Shown: one piece after another, positions 24,540 to 32,590 of the stretch
Numbering within the stretch: the first letter of the stretch is position 1
How the letters are laid out: the number at the start of each line of letters is the position of its first letter
NCBI GenBank assembly: GCA_017483465.1
Contig: JAFUWN010000062.1
Span: 10,085 to 74,084, forward strand
Reading direction: 5' to 3'
From: Oscillospiraceae bacterium
Lineage (GTDB): Bacteria; Bacillota; Clostridia; Oscillospirales; Ruminococcaceae
DNA length: 64,000 nucleotides
The notes under the pieces: generated by a model
The model's input: only the letters and a program-made list of their open reading frames with translations
The model's database searches: none
Told to the model about the DNA's origin: nothing
Program-made: the position numbers and the translations under genes

Positions 24540-26870
24540 TCAGAAATTTGCCAGATCTTCTTTTGTCAGCAGACCGACAATGAATTTCAGAATTGCCAGA
24601 GATTCGTCAGAATCCGGCTTCTGGTTCTTGTTCAGATCAGAATTTGTCAGACCATCCGGAGTTAATGTCTCTTTTCCGAGCAGTGCTTTGTTGATCGTGA
24701 TAACATCCAGAATATCTACCTTGCCGTCAGTATTGGCATCACCGAGCAGAACAGAAGTTTCTGTGCCGGATTCCGTTTCGGATTCCGTTTCTGTTTCGGA
24801 AGGCTGTTCATTGTTGTCATATTCATATACAAGTTTAATTGTATTATAAGTTACTTCTGCACCTTCGGGATATGTCCACCAGTTAGGCTGAATTTCTGCA
24901 TAATCATCCAGAGTTGTGCCACTCACTTCAACGCCCTTTTCATCCACAACGATCGTAAATTTATCGTTGAATTTTACGATATTATCGTTAGTGCCGGCAT
25001 CAAAAGAGATTGCTTTGCTGCCCCATACGGCTGCGGTTTCACCCTCCGGAACAACCTGATTGAAGCAGAGTCCGCCGCCGCCTAATGCTCCGGCAGTAAC
25101 ATTGAACACAATTTCTTTCAGATGTTCTTTATCGCCAAGCGGAAGAATCGGATAATTATTTTCAGAAAGCTCTAGATCTGCATAGTTATAAACAGTTTCT
25201 TTGATTGTGACATCAGGTTCTTCTGTGATTTCTGCATCGGATTTCTGATCGCTGATGACAATCTGTGCAACGGACAGTGCCGGAAGTGTGACGGTCAGAG
25301 TATTTCCGGAAAGATCGTTCTGAACATCAATGACTTTGATTTCACTGGAATCCTGTGTGATCGCATAAACAACAGCACTCTGATAATTCTTGTCAGAACC
25401 GGTGAGGCTGATCACAGCAGTTTCATCAGAATTGGCATCTTTATTTGAGAGTGTCATCGTTACAACAGAATCATCCTCGCCGTTGATGGCTGCAAATGCT
25501 GCGGCTTTGGATAAATCTTCTGTTTCGGCAGATACCAGTGTATCACCAAAAGAACCGCCCTTGCCGTCATAGTTGGTATACAGATTGATTGCGGATTCTA
25601 CATACGGGCATTCCGGCAGAGTTCCCCAGTAAGTTGCAAAATAAACTTCATTCAGAGCGAATGCACCCAGAGCTTCGGCTTCTGCAATTGCAGTAATAAC
25701 AGATTTTCCGGTTGTTTTTTCGCTGGCGATGTTGCCCAGATTATATTCAGAGACTGCAAGTTTTGTTCCCGGATAATATTTATCAATTGATTCCTGCATT
25801 CTGGTCAGGAACGGGAAATAGCTTCCGGCCCAGGGCTGTAACCAGCTGTTTTCCTGATATTCCGGATCATAAAGGCTTCTTGCGGCCTGTAAAATGCCTT
25901 CATCTGTAGAAACATCCTGAGCATAATAATGTACATCGAATACATCAATCAGACGTTTGCCGTAATCTGCTTCGGCCTGCTTCATCTGGTCAAGATAGTA
26001 ATCCATATACCAGCTGTAGTTGTTCTTGACTGCCTGCCACTGAGGGTCAGTAAAGCCGTTTCCGGTTTCACCGATCTGCATACAAGGCAGCATTCCCCAG
26101 AATGCAGGGCCGTAAACTTCGGCTTTCGGGTCGATTTCCTTGACTACTTTTGCAAGTTCGATAGACTTGGAGACAAGTTCTTCGTTTGTTACTTCTTCAG
26201 GATGCATCCGGAAATGTGTATCATTCCAGAGTACCGGTTCGTTATCAAGGCTGTATGCCTGAATGCCTTCTGCTGTGGAAGCATCACCCAGTGTATTGAC
26301 GATATAATTTACATACTCGTCCATATAGACAACATTATCTGTTGTATCGGGTTCGAGAGAAAGTTCGCCGTCTTTTCTGAATTTGACTTCGTTCCATCTT
26401 GCGGAGGGAGCAGCTTCGGCTTCGGAAACTTCACCGTTCTTATCAGCAGATACATAACCGGCCATCTGGAGGGTTGTCATTTTATAGGGAATGCCGTATT
26501 TATTCACATTCTTGGAAAGATTTCTTGCGGCATAGCCTGCACCATCAGAAATATCACCGATATTGGTATCGGAACTGTGTTTCCAGTCATTTCCGGCATT
26601 GGACCAGTTTGTTTCCCAGTTATAACCAGTATAACGATTGCCGCCCTGACGGACTGCATTGACTTTCACATTTTCCAGATTCGCACCGTTGCCGTATTCG
26701 TTTACACCGTAGATATACGGGCTGATTGCTTTTCTGTTCTTGGATGTGTCTACTGTGACAGTCATCTGATAGGCATCAGCAGCATTCACTGCTGTTCCGA
26801 GAGAAGCTGCCGGAACAGTCAGCAAAAATCCGGCTAAAGCGGCTGCCAGTACACGATTTGATTTTTTCAT
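24540..26870 (-). CDS. Cellulosomal GH44 endoglucanase/xyloglucanase with extra beta-rich module and dockerin (776 aa)
   Basis: Signal peptide. GH44 motifs: RQGGNRYTGYNWETNWSNAGNDW, SLDNEPVLWNDTH, VSEYN. Additional ~130-aa module (nt 24816-25214), an ETETESETESGTE linker and the dockerin GDANTDGKVDILDVITINK..PDSDESLAILKFIVG (nt 24543-24743). Confidence 0.9.
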   Translation of the reverse strand: MKKSNRVLAAALAGFLLTVPAASLGTAVNAADAYQMTVTVDTSKNRKAISPYIYGVNEYGNGANLENVKVNAVRQGGNRYTGYNWETNWSNAGNDWKHSSDTNIGDISDGAGYAARNLSKNVNKYGIPYKMTTLQMAGYVSADKNGEVSEAEAAPSARWNEVKFRKDGELSLEPDTTDNVVYMDEYVNYIVNTLGDASTAEGIQAYSLDNEPVLWNDTHFRMHPEEVTNEELVSKSIELAKVVKEIDPKAEVYGPAFWGMLPCMQIGETGNGFTDPQWQAVKNNYSWYMDYYLDQMKQAEADYGKRLIDVFDVHYYAQDVSTDEGILQAARSLYDPEYQENSWLQPWAGSYFPFLTRMQESIDKYYPGTKLAVSEYNLGNIASEKTTGKSVITAIAEAEALGAFALNEVYFATYWGTLPECPYVESAINLYTNYDGKGGSFGDTLVSAETEDLSKAAAFAAINGEDDSVVTMTLSNKDANSDETAVISLTGSDKNYQSAVVYAITQDSSEIKVIDVQNDLSGNTLTVTLPALSVAQIVISDQKSDAEITEEPDVTIKETVYNYADLELSENNYPILPLGDKEHLKEIVFNVTAGALGGGGLCFNQVVPEGETAAVWGSKAISFDAGTNDNIVKFNDKFTIVVDEKGVEVSGTTLDDYAEIQPNWWTYPEGAEVTYNTIKLVYEYDNNEQPSETETESETESGTETSVLLGDANTDGKVDILDVITINKALLGKETLTPDGLTNSDLNKNQKPDSDESLAILKFIVGLLTKEDLANF

Positions 26871-26898
26871 GATAGAAATTCCTCCTAAAAATATTTAT

Positions 26899-27747
26899 TT
26901 ATTTATCTGTTTCAGAGCGGAATGCTCCTTTTTTCCATATATCAACATCGGGTTCGCAGTTGGCAATAAAGTTAATCAAGGCTTCTGCCAGAACCAGAAT
27001 TGTTGTCAAAGGGACAGAATGAACATAGCCGTAAGTATTCATAATTTTTCCGCCGACATCGGCTTTCAGTTCCCAGATGATTCCCAGATGGATACAGTCT
27101 GTGACAATCGGCTTGATTTTTTGTTTCGGAATCTGCAAATGCTCGGAAAAGCTTTCCATTGTCAGAATATAATCACGGGGCAGACTCTCTGCAAATGTGA
27201 TTAATTTCAGAGCATCTTCATCAGATAATAATTTAAACAATGCAAGCATTCTGTCTGAAATTTTTGCATAGCTTCCGACACCGTCTTCCGGAATCTTCAC
27301 AAATGTGAAAAACTGCATATCTGGATTCAACCGCATCAGACCAAGAGCGGAATCGGCTCTTAAATGAGCATAGATCACTCTCGGCGGATTTTCCGGAAAC
27401 TGTACCTGACTCGGCTGGATATTCTTGTCATAGGCACACAGAAATCTGTAGAATAATTCAACTGCCTGTTCCGTGCGTTCTTTTTCTTCAAGTACGCTTA
27501 GTTTTTTAATATATTCCTGCAAATAATCCGATTCGGGTTCTTCATCTTTCAGGCCAAAGAGAATATCCAGAGAAATATTCAGAATTTCAGCGATTTTCGG
27601 AAGCAGTGTCCCGTCAGGAAATGAGCCGTTCTCCCATTTGGAAACCGCCTGCGGAGTGACATTCAACTGCACGGCGAGTTCTTCTTGTTTGAATCCGGCA
27701 CGTTTGCGATAATAAGCGAGTCGGGAAGAAAATACCGTTTGTTTCAT
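26899..27747 (-). CDS. XRE-family HTH transcriptional regulator with ~210-aa C-terminal domain of unknown function
   Basis: N-terminal HTH (LAYYRKRAGFKQEELAVQLNVTPQAVSKWENG); AGGAGG RBS. Its stop lies 28 nt upstream of the GH44 start, with no terminator between them. Confidence 0.88.
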   Translation of the reverse strand: MKQTVFSSRLAYYRKRAGFKQEELAVQLNVTPQAVSKWENGSFPDGTLLPKIAEILNISLDILFGLKDEEPESDYLQEYIKKLSVLEEKERTEQAVELFYRFLCAYDKNIQPSQVQFPENPPRVIYAHLRADSALGLMRLNPDMQFFTFVKIPEDGVGSYAKISDRMLALFKLLSDEDALKLITFAESLPRDYILTMESFSEHLQIPKQKIKPIVTDCIHLGIIWELKADVGGKIMNTYGYVHSVPLTTILVLAEALINFIANCEPDVDIWKKGAFRSETDK

Positions 27748-27791
27748 GCTGACCTCCTGTGTGATTTTTCTTTCTTTGCTTGTCTGAGTTT

Positions 27792-27820
27792 ATTATAGCA
27801 CATTCTGAGTTGAATTTCAA
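27792..27820 (-). promoter_or_regulatory. Sigma-A promoter of the XRE gene (and probably GH44)
   Basis: Minus strand TTGAAA-17-TATAAT with TGC extension. Confidence 0.6.
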
Positions 27821-27875
27821 GCGAATCAAAGTATAATAAATCAACTGCAAGTTGTGTAATCGTTTAAAATCAACC

Positions 27876-27903
27876 GGAAAAATAAAAGACCGCCGGAGCG
27901 GTC
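27876..27903 (-). terminator. Terminator of the 138-aa gene
   Basis: Hairpin GACCGC-tccg-GCGGTC followed by TTTTATTTTTCC on the minus strand. Confidence 0.6.
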
Positions 27904-27935
27904 ATGTCGTGATATTAAATGATATTCATGAAAAT

Positions 27936-28352
27936 TTACTTTCCGAGAGAGAATCTGCCGTCAGCAATCATACATGCAATTTGATAGAAAGATTTCACAC
28001 TGTCTTCCATACCATTCAGAATGCGTTTTTGTACTTTCGTGATGGGAGACATTTTATTTTCACCATCTTTTACCAGAAGCGGAAAGCCGTCTTCCATCTT
28101 CCAGCAATAGCCATATGCACCGATATGTTTTTCAATCAGAACTTGTCCTAAGTAAATGCCCCATATTACAGATACATTCCAGACTTCATGTTCTGTACAG
28201 ACATGATTTGAATAATCCTGATGATAGGTTTCCAGAATTTCTTCGAGTTCGTCAATATCCTGTTCTGCAAAAGAAAAATGCTTTCCGAAATTTTCAGCAA
28301 GTTTCAAAGCAGTTTCGCATACTTCCTGATAATTCAGATCAGATTCAGCCAT
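27936..28352 (-). CDS. Hypothetical cytoplasmic protein (138 aa)
   Basis: ORF with a strong AAGGAGG RBS and its own promoter and terminator; acidic N-terminal helical region; no family securely recognised. Confidence 0.65.
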   Translation of the reverse strand: MAESDLNYQEVCETALKLAENFGKHFSFAEQDIDELEEILETYHQDYSNHVCTEHEVWNVSVIWGIYLGQVLIEKHIGAYGYCWKMEDGFPLLVKDGENKMSPITKVQKRILNGMEDSVKSFYQIACMIADGRFSLGK

Positions 28353-28389
28353 GATAATTCCTCCTTGTCAGCTTGTCTTACTGAATTTT

Positions 28390-28418
28390 AGTATAACATA
28401 AAAAATAAAACCTGTCAA
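28390..28418 (-). promoter_or_regulatory. Sigma-A promoter of the 138-aa gene
   Basis: Minus strand TTGACA-17-TATACT with TGT extension. Confidence 0.6.
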
Positions 28419-28527
28419 GATACCTGAATAATCAGACAATCTGCATAAAAAATCAAGCCTGTTTTCGTGCAGACTTAACAAAATAAAGATTTTTCCGGAA
28501 TTTATCAGAAAAAATTTGAAAAAACAC

Positions 28528-28556
28528 TTGCATTTTTTAAAAAAGCATGGTATAAT
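28528..28556 (+). promoter_or_regulatory. Sigma-A promoter of gdhA
   Basis: TTGCAT-17-TATAAT with TGG extension, followed by a ~65-nt leader. Confidence 0.65.
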
Positions 28557-28626
28557 AACAATACCGTCTGTAAAAGACAACTGTCTTTCAGAGACGGAAT
28601 ATTTTCAAAACAGGAGGTTCTTAACA

Positions 28627-29985
28627 ATGGCGTTAAAGAATCAGTACTTAGTAGATTTACTGGAAAGAGTAAAAGCAAGAAATCAGGGCGAACCTGAATT
28701 CATTCAGACCGTGACAGAAGTTCTCGAATCCGTAGAACCTGTCGTTGATGCAAGACCTGATCTCGTAGAAGCAGGCGTGCTCGAAAGAATCGTAGAGCCT
28801 GAACGTCAGATCATCTTCCGTGTACCGTGGGTAGACGATAACGGTAAAGTACAGGTAAACCGTGGTTTCCGTGTACAGTTCAATTCTGCAATTGGTCCGT
28901 ACAAGGGCGGTCTGAGATTTGCTCCCAATGTATATATCGGCATTATCAAGTTCTTAGGCTTTGAACAGATCTTCAAGAACTCCCTGACATCCCTGCCTAT
29001 GGGCGGCGGCAAGGGCGGTTCTGACTTCGACCCGCAGGGCAAGTCTGATGCGGAAGTTATGCGTTTCTGCCAGAGCTTTATGACAGAACTCTGCAAGCAT
29101 ATCGGCCCGAATACTGATGTTCCGGCTGGTGATATTGGTGTCGGCGGCCGTGAAATCGGCTATCTGTTCGGCCAGTACAAGAGAATCAGAAATGAATTCT
29201 CCGGCGTTCTGACCGGTAAGGGTCTGGAATACGGCGGTTCTCTGATTCGTCCGGAAGCTACCGGTTATGGTGCAGTTTATTATACAGTAAATATGCTCGA
29301 ACACTTCAAAGATTCCATCAAGGGCAAGACGGTTGCAGTATCCGGCTTTGGTAACGTAGCTTGGGGTACTATCAAGAAAGTGAACGAACTCGGCGGTAAA
29401 GTCGTAACAATTTCCGGTCCTGACGGTTATGTTTATGATCCCGACGGCATCAGCACAGATGAAAAAGTAGAATATCTGCTTGAAATGAGAGCTTCCTGCC
29501 GCAACCGTGTTCAGGATTATGCTGACAAGTTCGGCGGTAATGTTGAATTCCATGCTGGCGAAAAGCCGTGGGGCGTTAAGGCTGATATTATCATGCCTTG
29601 TGCTACTCAGAACGAAGTTGGCATGAAAGAAGCTGAACAGATCGTTGCCAACGGCGTGAAGTACTATGTAGAAGTTTCCAATATGCCGACTTCCAACGAA
29701 GCTATTGCATTCCTGAAATCCAAGAATGTAATCGTTGCTCCGTCCAAGGCTGTCAATGCCGGCGGTGTTGCTGTATCCGGTCTGGAAATGTCCCAGAACA
29801 GCGAACGCCTCAGCTGGACTGCTGAAGAAGTAGACGAAAAACTCAAGAAGATTATGGCTAACATCTTCAAGGCTTCTGTAGAAGCTGCCAATAAGTACGG
29901 CCTCGGTGATGACCTCGTAGCAGGTGCTAACATTGCTGGCTTTATCAAGGTTGCTGAAGCTATGAAGGCTCAGGGCGTTGTTTGA
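28627..29985 (+). CDS. gdhA: NADP-specific glutamate dehydrogenase
   Basis: GPYKGGLRF, LPMGGGKGGSDFDP and GFGNVAWG motifs. Start at ATG 28627 behind CAGGAGG; the track TTG at 28516 lies upstream of the promoter. Strongly biased codon usage. Confidence 0.96.
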   Translation: MALKNQYLVDLLERVKARNQGEPEFIQTVTEVLESVEPVVDARPDLVEAGVLERIVEPERQIIFRVPWVDDNGKVQVNRGFRVQFNSAIGPYKGGLRFAPNVYIGIIKFLGFEQIFKNSLTSLPMGGGKGGSDFDPQGKSDAEVMRFCQSFMTELCKHIGPNTDVPAGDIGVGGREIGYLFGQYKRIRNEFSGVLTGKGLEYGGSLIRPEATGYGAVYYTVNMLEHFKDSIKGKTVAVSGFGNVAWGTIKKVNELGGKVVTISGPDGYVYDPDGISTDEKVEYLLEMRASCRNRVQDYADKFGGNVEFHAGEKPWGVKADIIMPCATQNEVGMKEAEQIVANGVKYYVEVSNMPTSNEAIAFLKSKNVIVAPSKAVNAGGVAVSGLEMSQNSERLSWTAEEVDEKLKKIMANIFKASVEAANKYGLGDDLVAGANIAGFIKVAEAMKAQGVV

Positions 29986-30026
29986 TTTAGTTAAGATTAA
30001 ATATTATATTAATAACTGAATTTTAA

Positions 30027-30056
30027 GAGGACTGGTGTAAATCAGTCCTCTTTTTT
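30027..30056 (+). terminator. gdhA terminator
   Basis: Hairpin GAGGACTG-gtgtaaat-CAGTCCTC followed by TTTTTT. Confidence 0.8.
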
Positions 30057-30057
30057 A

Positions 30058-30086
30058 TTGACAGATGGTATAGGGCATGTTATAAT
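30058..30086 (+). promoter_or_regulatory. Sigma-A promoter of the 290-aa secreted protein gene
   Basis: TTGACA-17-TATAAT (12/12 consensus, TGT extension). Confidence 0.7.
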
Positions 30087-30121
30087 AAAAATACAAAATA
30101 TTTTACAGAGGAGGAATTTCT

Positions 30122-30994
30122 ATGAAACTCACCAGAAAACTGACAGCAGGTTTTTCTGCTCTTGCAATTGGCAGCAGCTTTGCGGCTGTTCCGGCAGCGG
30201 CGGCGGAATCTTATGAAGATGTACTGAATTCGATTCTGAATACACAGAAATACGGCGATATTGTCTTTGAAACTATGGATGGCTTCGATACTGACGGAAA
30301 TCAGTTCGCTGTCTGCGATGTGGACGGTGACGGCCAGAAAGAATTATTGGTCAAATGGTCAAATACATTCGTAGCAGGTCAGCAGGAAGTTATTTTCTCA
30401 AAAGATGCTTCCGGAAATATCGTTCATAAAGGAACAGCCAGTATTTCTATAGAATATTATGATAACGGTGTATTTATTTCTCAGTGGTCACATAATCAGA
30501 CACTTTCTGATTTTTATCCGTATACACTCGAAAAATATAATTCTGATACCGGAAAATATGAAATCATCGGGAGTGTTGTCGCCTGGGATAAAGAAATTGC
30601 TTCTGTCAATGAAGACGGCAAGGCCTTTCCGGATTCTGCTGATACCAGCGGAACAGGAAGAGTGTATTATATTCTTACTCCGGATAACTGGGATTTGTAT
30701 GCCGGAACCCCTCTGGATGTGACTGAGTATGAAGCATGGCTGCAACAGTATACAGGCAGTGCTTCGGCAGTCATCCGGCCGCAGTACTGGACTATGACTG
30801 CAAATTATATTTCTCCTGTCTGCAAATTACAGGAAACAACAGGTTCTGTACAGAGTCAGGCACTCGGAGATCATAATCATGACGGCTCGACAGATGCCGC
30901 CGATGCGGCTTGTATTTTACAGTATGCCGCTGAAGTCGGTGCCGGAAATTTCTTCGGTACGCTTCCGGAATTTATACAGTCAAGCAAGGGATGA
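30122..30994 (+). CDS. Secreted protein of unknown function with a C-terminal single dockerin-like repeat
   Basis: Signal peptide (AVPAAAAES). ~215-aa domain of unknown function containing an FG-GAP/VCBS-like DVDGDGQKELLV motif. C-terminal GDHNHDGSTDAADAACILQYAAEVGAGNFFGTLPEF (nt 30863-30991). GAGGAGG RBS. Confidence 0.8.
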   Translation: MKLTRKLTAGFSALAIGSSFAAVPAAAAESYEDVLNSILNTQKYGDIVFETMDGFDTDGNQFAVCDVDGDGQKELLVKWSNTFVAGQQEVIFSKDASGNIVHKGTASISIEYYDNGVFISQWSHNQTLSDFYPYTLEKYNSDTGKYEIIGSVVAWDKEIASVNEDGKAFPDSADTSGTGRVYYILTPDNWDLYAGTPLDVTEYEAWLQQYTGSASAVIRPQYWTMTANYISPVCKLQETTGSVQSQALGDHNHDGSTDAADAACILQYAAEVGAGNFFGTLPEFIQSSKG

Positions 30995-31001
30995 ATCATC
31001 A

Positions 31002-31034
31002 GGGAACTGCCTCAAAAGGCAGTTCCTTTTATTT
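31002..31034 (+). terminator. Terminator of the 290-aa gene
   Basis: Hairpin GGGAACTGCC-tcaaaa-GGCAGTTCC followed by TTTTATTT; it abuts the next promoter. Confidence 0.8.
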
Positions 31035-31061
31035 GACAGACTGCGGATATTCTGCTATAAT
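31033..31061 (+). promoter_or_regulatory. Sigma-A promoter of the LRR/FMN-binding protein gene
   Basis: TTGACA-17-TATAAT (12/12 consensus, TGC extension). Confidence 0.7.
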
Positions 31062-31095
31062 AATATTATTATCATCCTGAAAGGAGTATTTCATC

Positions 31096-32502
31096 ATGGA
31101 TAAAAAAAGAATTTTGGGAGTAGTAAGTGCCGGTTTACTGTTAGCAGAAAGTCTTTCTCCGTCCGGTATCTCCCTGACAGCAAACGCAGAATCAGAAGTG
31201 ACTGACGGAGATCTGACTTATATGATCTATGATACCCATGCCACTGTACGGCAATGTGATACAGCTGCGACAGAAGTTACTGTTCTTTCTGAAATTGACG
31301 GCTATCCTGTGACTGTAATTGAAAATAATGCTTTTGAAGAATGTACTTCATTGATTTCTGTGACCATTCCGGAGGGAGTTACAACAATTGGGGCAGGGGC
31401 TTTTTATTCCTGTACTTCTTTGCAGGAAGTGAATCTTCCGGATAGTATTACCGCAATGGGAATCGTCTACAATGATGAAGAAGCAACACAATCACAGCTT
31501 GTCAAGGCCAGAACAGGTATATTCTATAACTGCAAATCGCTGAAAACAATTACACTCCCGAAAAATCTGGAGAGTATTAAGGCAAGTGCCTTTTATGGCT
31601 GCAGTGCTCTGGAATCTGTCAGAATTTCAGAAAGTGTAAAGGCAATCGGAAATACAACAGTCTCCGGAATAGAAAAAACAGTACCGGCTCTGGCATTTTC
31701 CGGCTGTGTCAGACTGAATCAGATCGAAGCAGATGAAAATAATCAATATTATACAACTGCTGATAATATATTATATAATAAAGATAAATCAGAATTATGT
31801 CTGCTTCCGAAAGATAAAGAAAGCTATACATTCCCTGAAACTGTGACTTCTGTTTCTGAACAGGCTGCTTCCGGCTGTAATAAATTAAAAAGCATTGCCA
31901 TTCCGGAGCGTGTCACGCAGATCGGTGAAAAGGCGTTCGGCTATTCTTCTTCCGGAAATCCGATTGCAGAATTTACTGTCTATGGTGTTTCCGGTTCGGC
32001 CGCTGAAACTTATGCACTGGAAAACGGCTTTATTTTTGCAGAACTCGGTTCTGTTCCGGCTGCAGACCCCCAAGAAACAGAATTTCCTGTCGGTGATCAT
32101 AACCAGGACGGACGAGTAGATGCTTCTGATGCTGCTTGTATTCTCATGTATGCCGCCGAAGTCGGAGCAGGAAATTTCTCCGGTACGCTTCCGGAATTCA
32201 TGGAAAATTTAACATCAGCAAGTTCTGGTAAAATTTATAATGACGGAATTTATACAGTAACAAAATTCGGTTATGATAGTGATGTGACTATAGTAGTTAC
32301 TATAAAAAATGATGTAATTACAGATATAACAGCTTCCTGTAATGAAAGTGATATGTATTATTTTGATACTGCTTATCCGATTCTGAAAAATTCAATTCTT
32401 GTTGCACAGAGTCCGGATGTAGATGCGGTTTCAGGTGCAACATTTTCTTCTGATGCGATCAGAGATGGTGTGCGAGAGGCTTTGAATCAGGCAAAAAAAT
32501 AA
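31096..32502 (+). CDS. Secreted BspA-type LRR protein with a single dockerin-like repeat and a C-terminal FMN-binding domain
   Basis: Signal peptide (LTANA|ESE). LRR units of the type IPEGVTTIGAGAFYSCTSL. Dockerin-like repeat GDHNQDGRVDASDAACILMYAAEVG (nt 32089-32202). FMN_bind-like module (nt ~32227-32493) with flavinylation-type motif DAVSGATFSS. Confidence 0.85.
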   Translation: MDKKRILGVVSAGLLLAESLSPSGISLTANAESEVTDGDLTYMIYDTHATVRQCDTAATEVTVLSEIDGYPVTVIENNAFEECTSLISVTIPEGVTTIGAGAFYSCTSLQEVNLPDSITAMGIVYNDEEATQSQLVKARTGIFYNCKSLKTITLPKNLESIKASAFYGCSALESVRISESVKAIGNTTVSGIEKTVPALAFSGCVRLNQIEADENNQYYTTADNILYNKDKSELCLLPKDKESYTFPETVTSVSEQAASGCNKLKSIAIPERVTQIGEKAFGYSSSGNPIAEFTVYGVSGSAAETYALENGFIFAELGSVPAADPQETEFPVGDHNQDGRVDASDAACILMYAAEVGAGNFSGTLPEFMENLTSASSGKIYNDGIYTVTKFGYDSDVTIVVTIKNDVITDITASCNESDMYYFDTAYPILKNSILVAQSPDVDAVSGATFSSDAIRDGVREALNQAKK

Positions 32503-32523
32503 TCGAAATGTTTTGAAAACTTC

Positions 32524-32552
32524 TTGACAAATTTGTAAAATTACTGTAAAAT
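32524..32552 (+). promoter_or_regulatory. Sigma-A promoter of the GH9-CBM3 gene
   Basis: TTGACA-17-TAAAAT. Confidence 0.6.
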
Positions 32553-32590
32553 AAAATTATCAAATCTATTTCGAGAGGGGAAATTTTTTT

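Noticed and set aside
25929-26837. 302-aa plus-strand ORF inside the GH44 gene (and the similar 291-aa ORF at 10382-11257 inside the S1 region)
   Set aside because: Both are shadow ORFs antisense to strongly supported genes. Their products are Cys/Phe/Ile-rich nonsense with no RBS.
26899-27935. The XRE regulator as an Rgg/RRNPP-type quorum-sensing receptor with an adjacent signalling-peptide gene
   Set aside because: Its size (282 aa) fits. However, I see no TPR-like repeat pattern in the C-terminal domain and no small ORF with an RBS in the flanking 190-nt spacer. The idea is unsupported without structure or HMM evidence.
32524-32540. TTGACAAATT(T)GTAAAA at the GH9-CBM3 and GH5 promoters as a possible cellulase-specific regulatory box
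   Set aside because: TTGACAAAT also heads the promoters of the parC-like gene (60281-60289) and the TepA-like gene (20879-20887). It is therefore just the preferred extended -35 context of this organism, not a cellulosome-specific operator.
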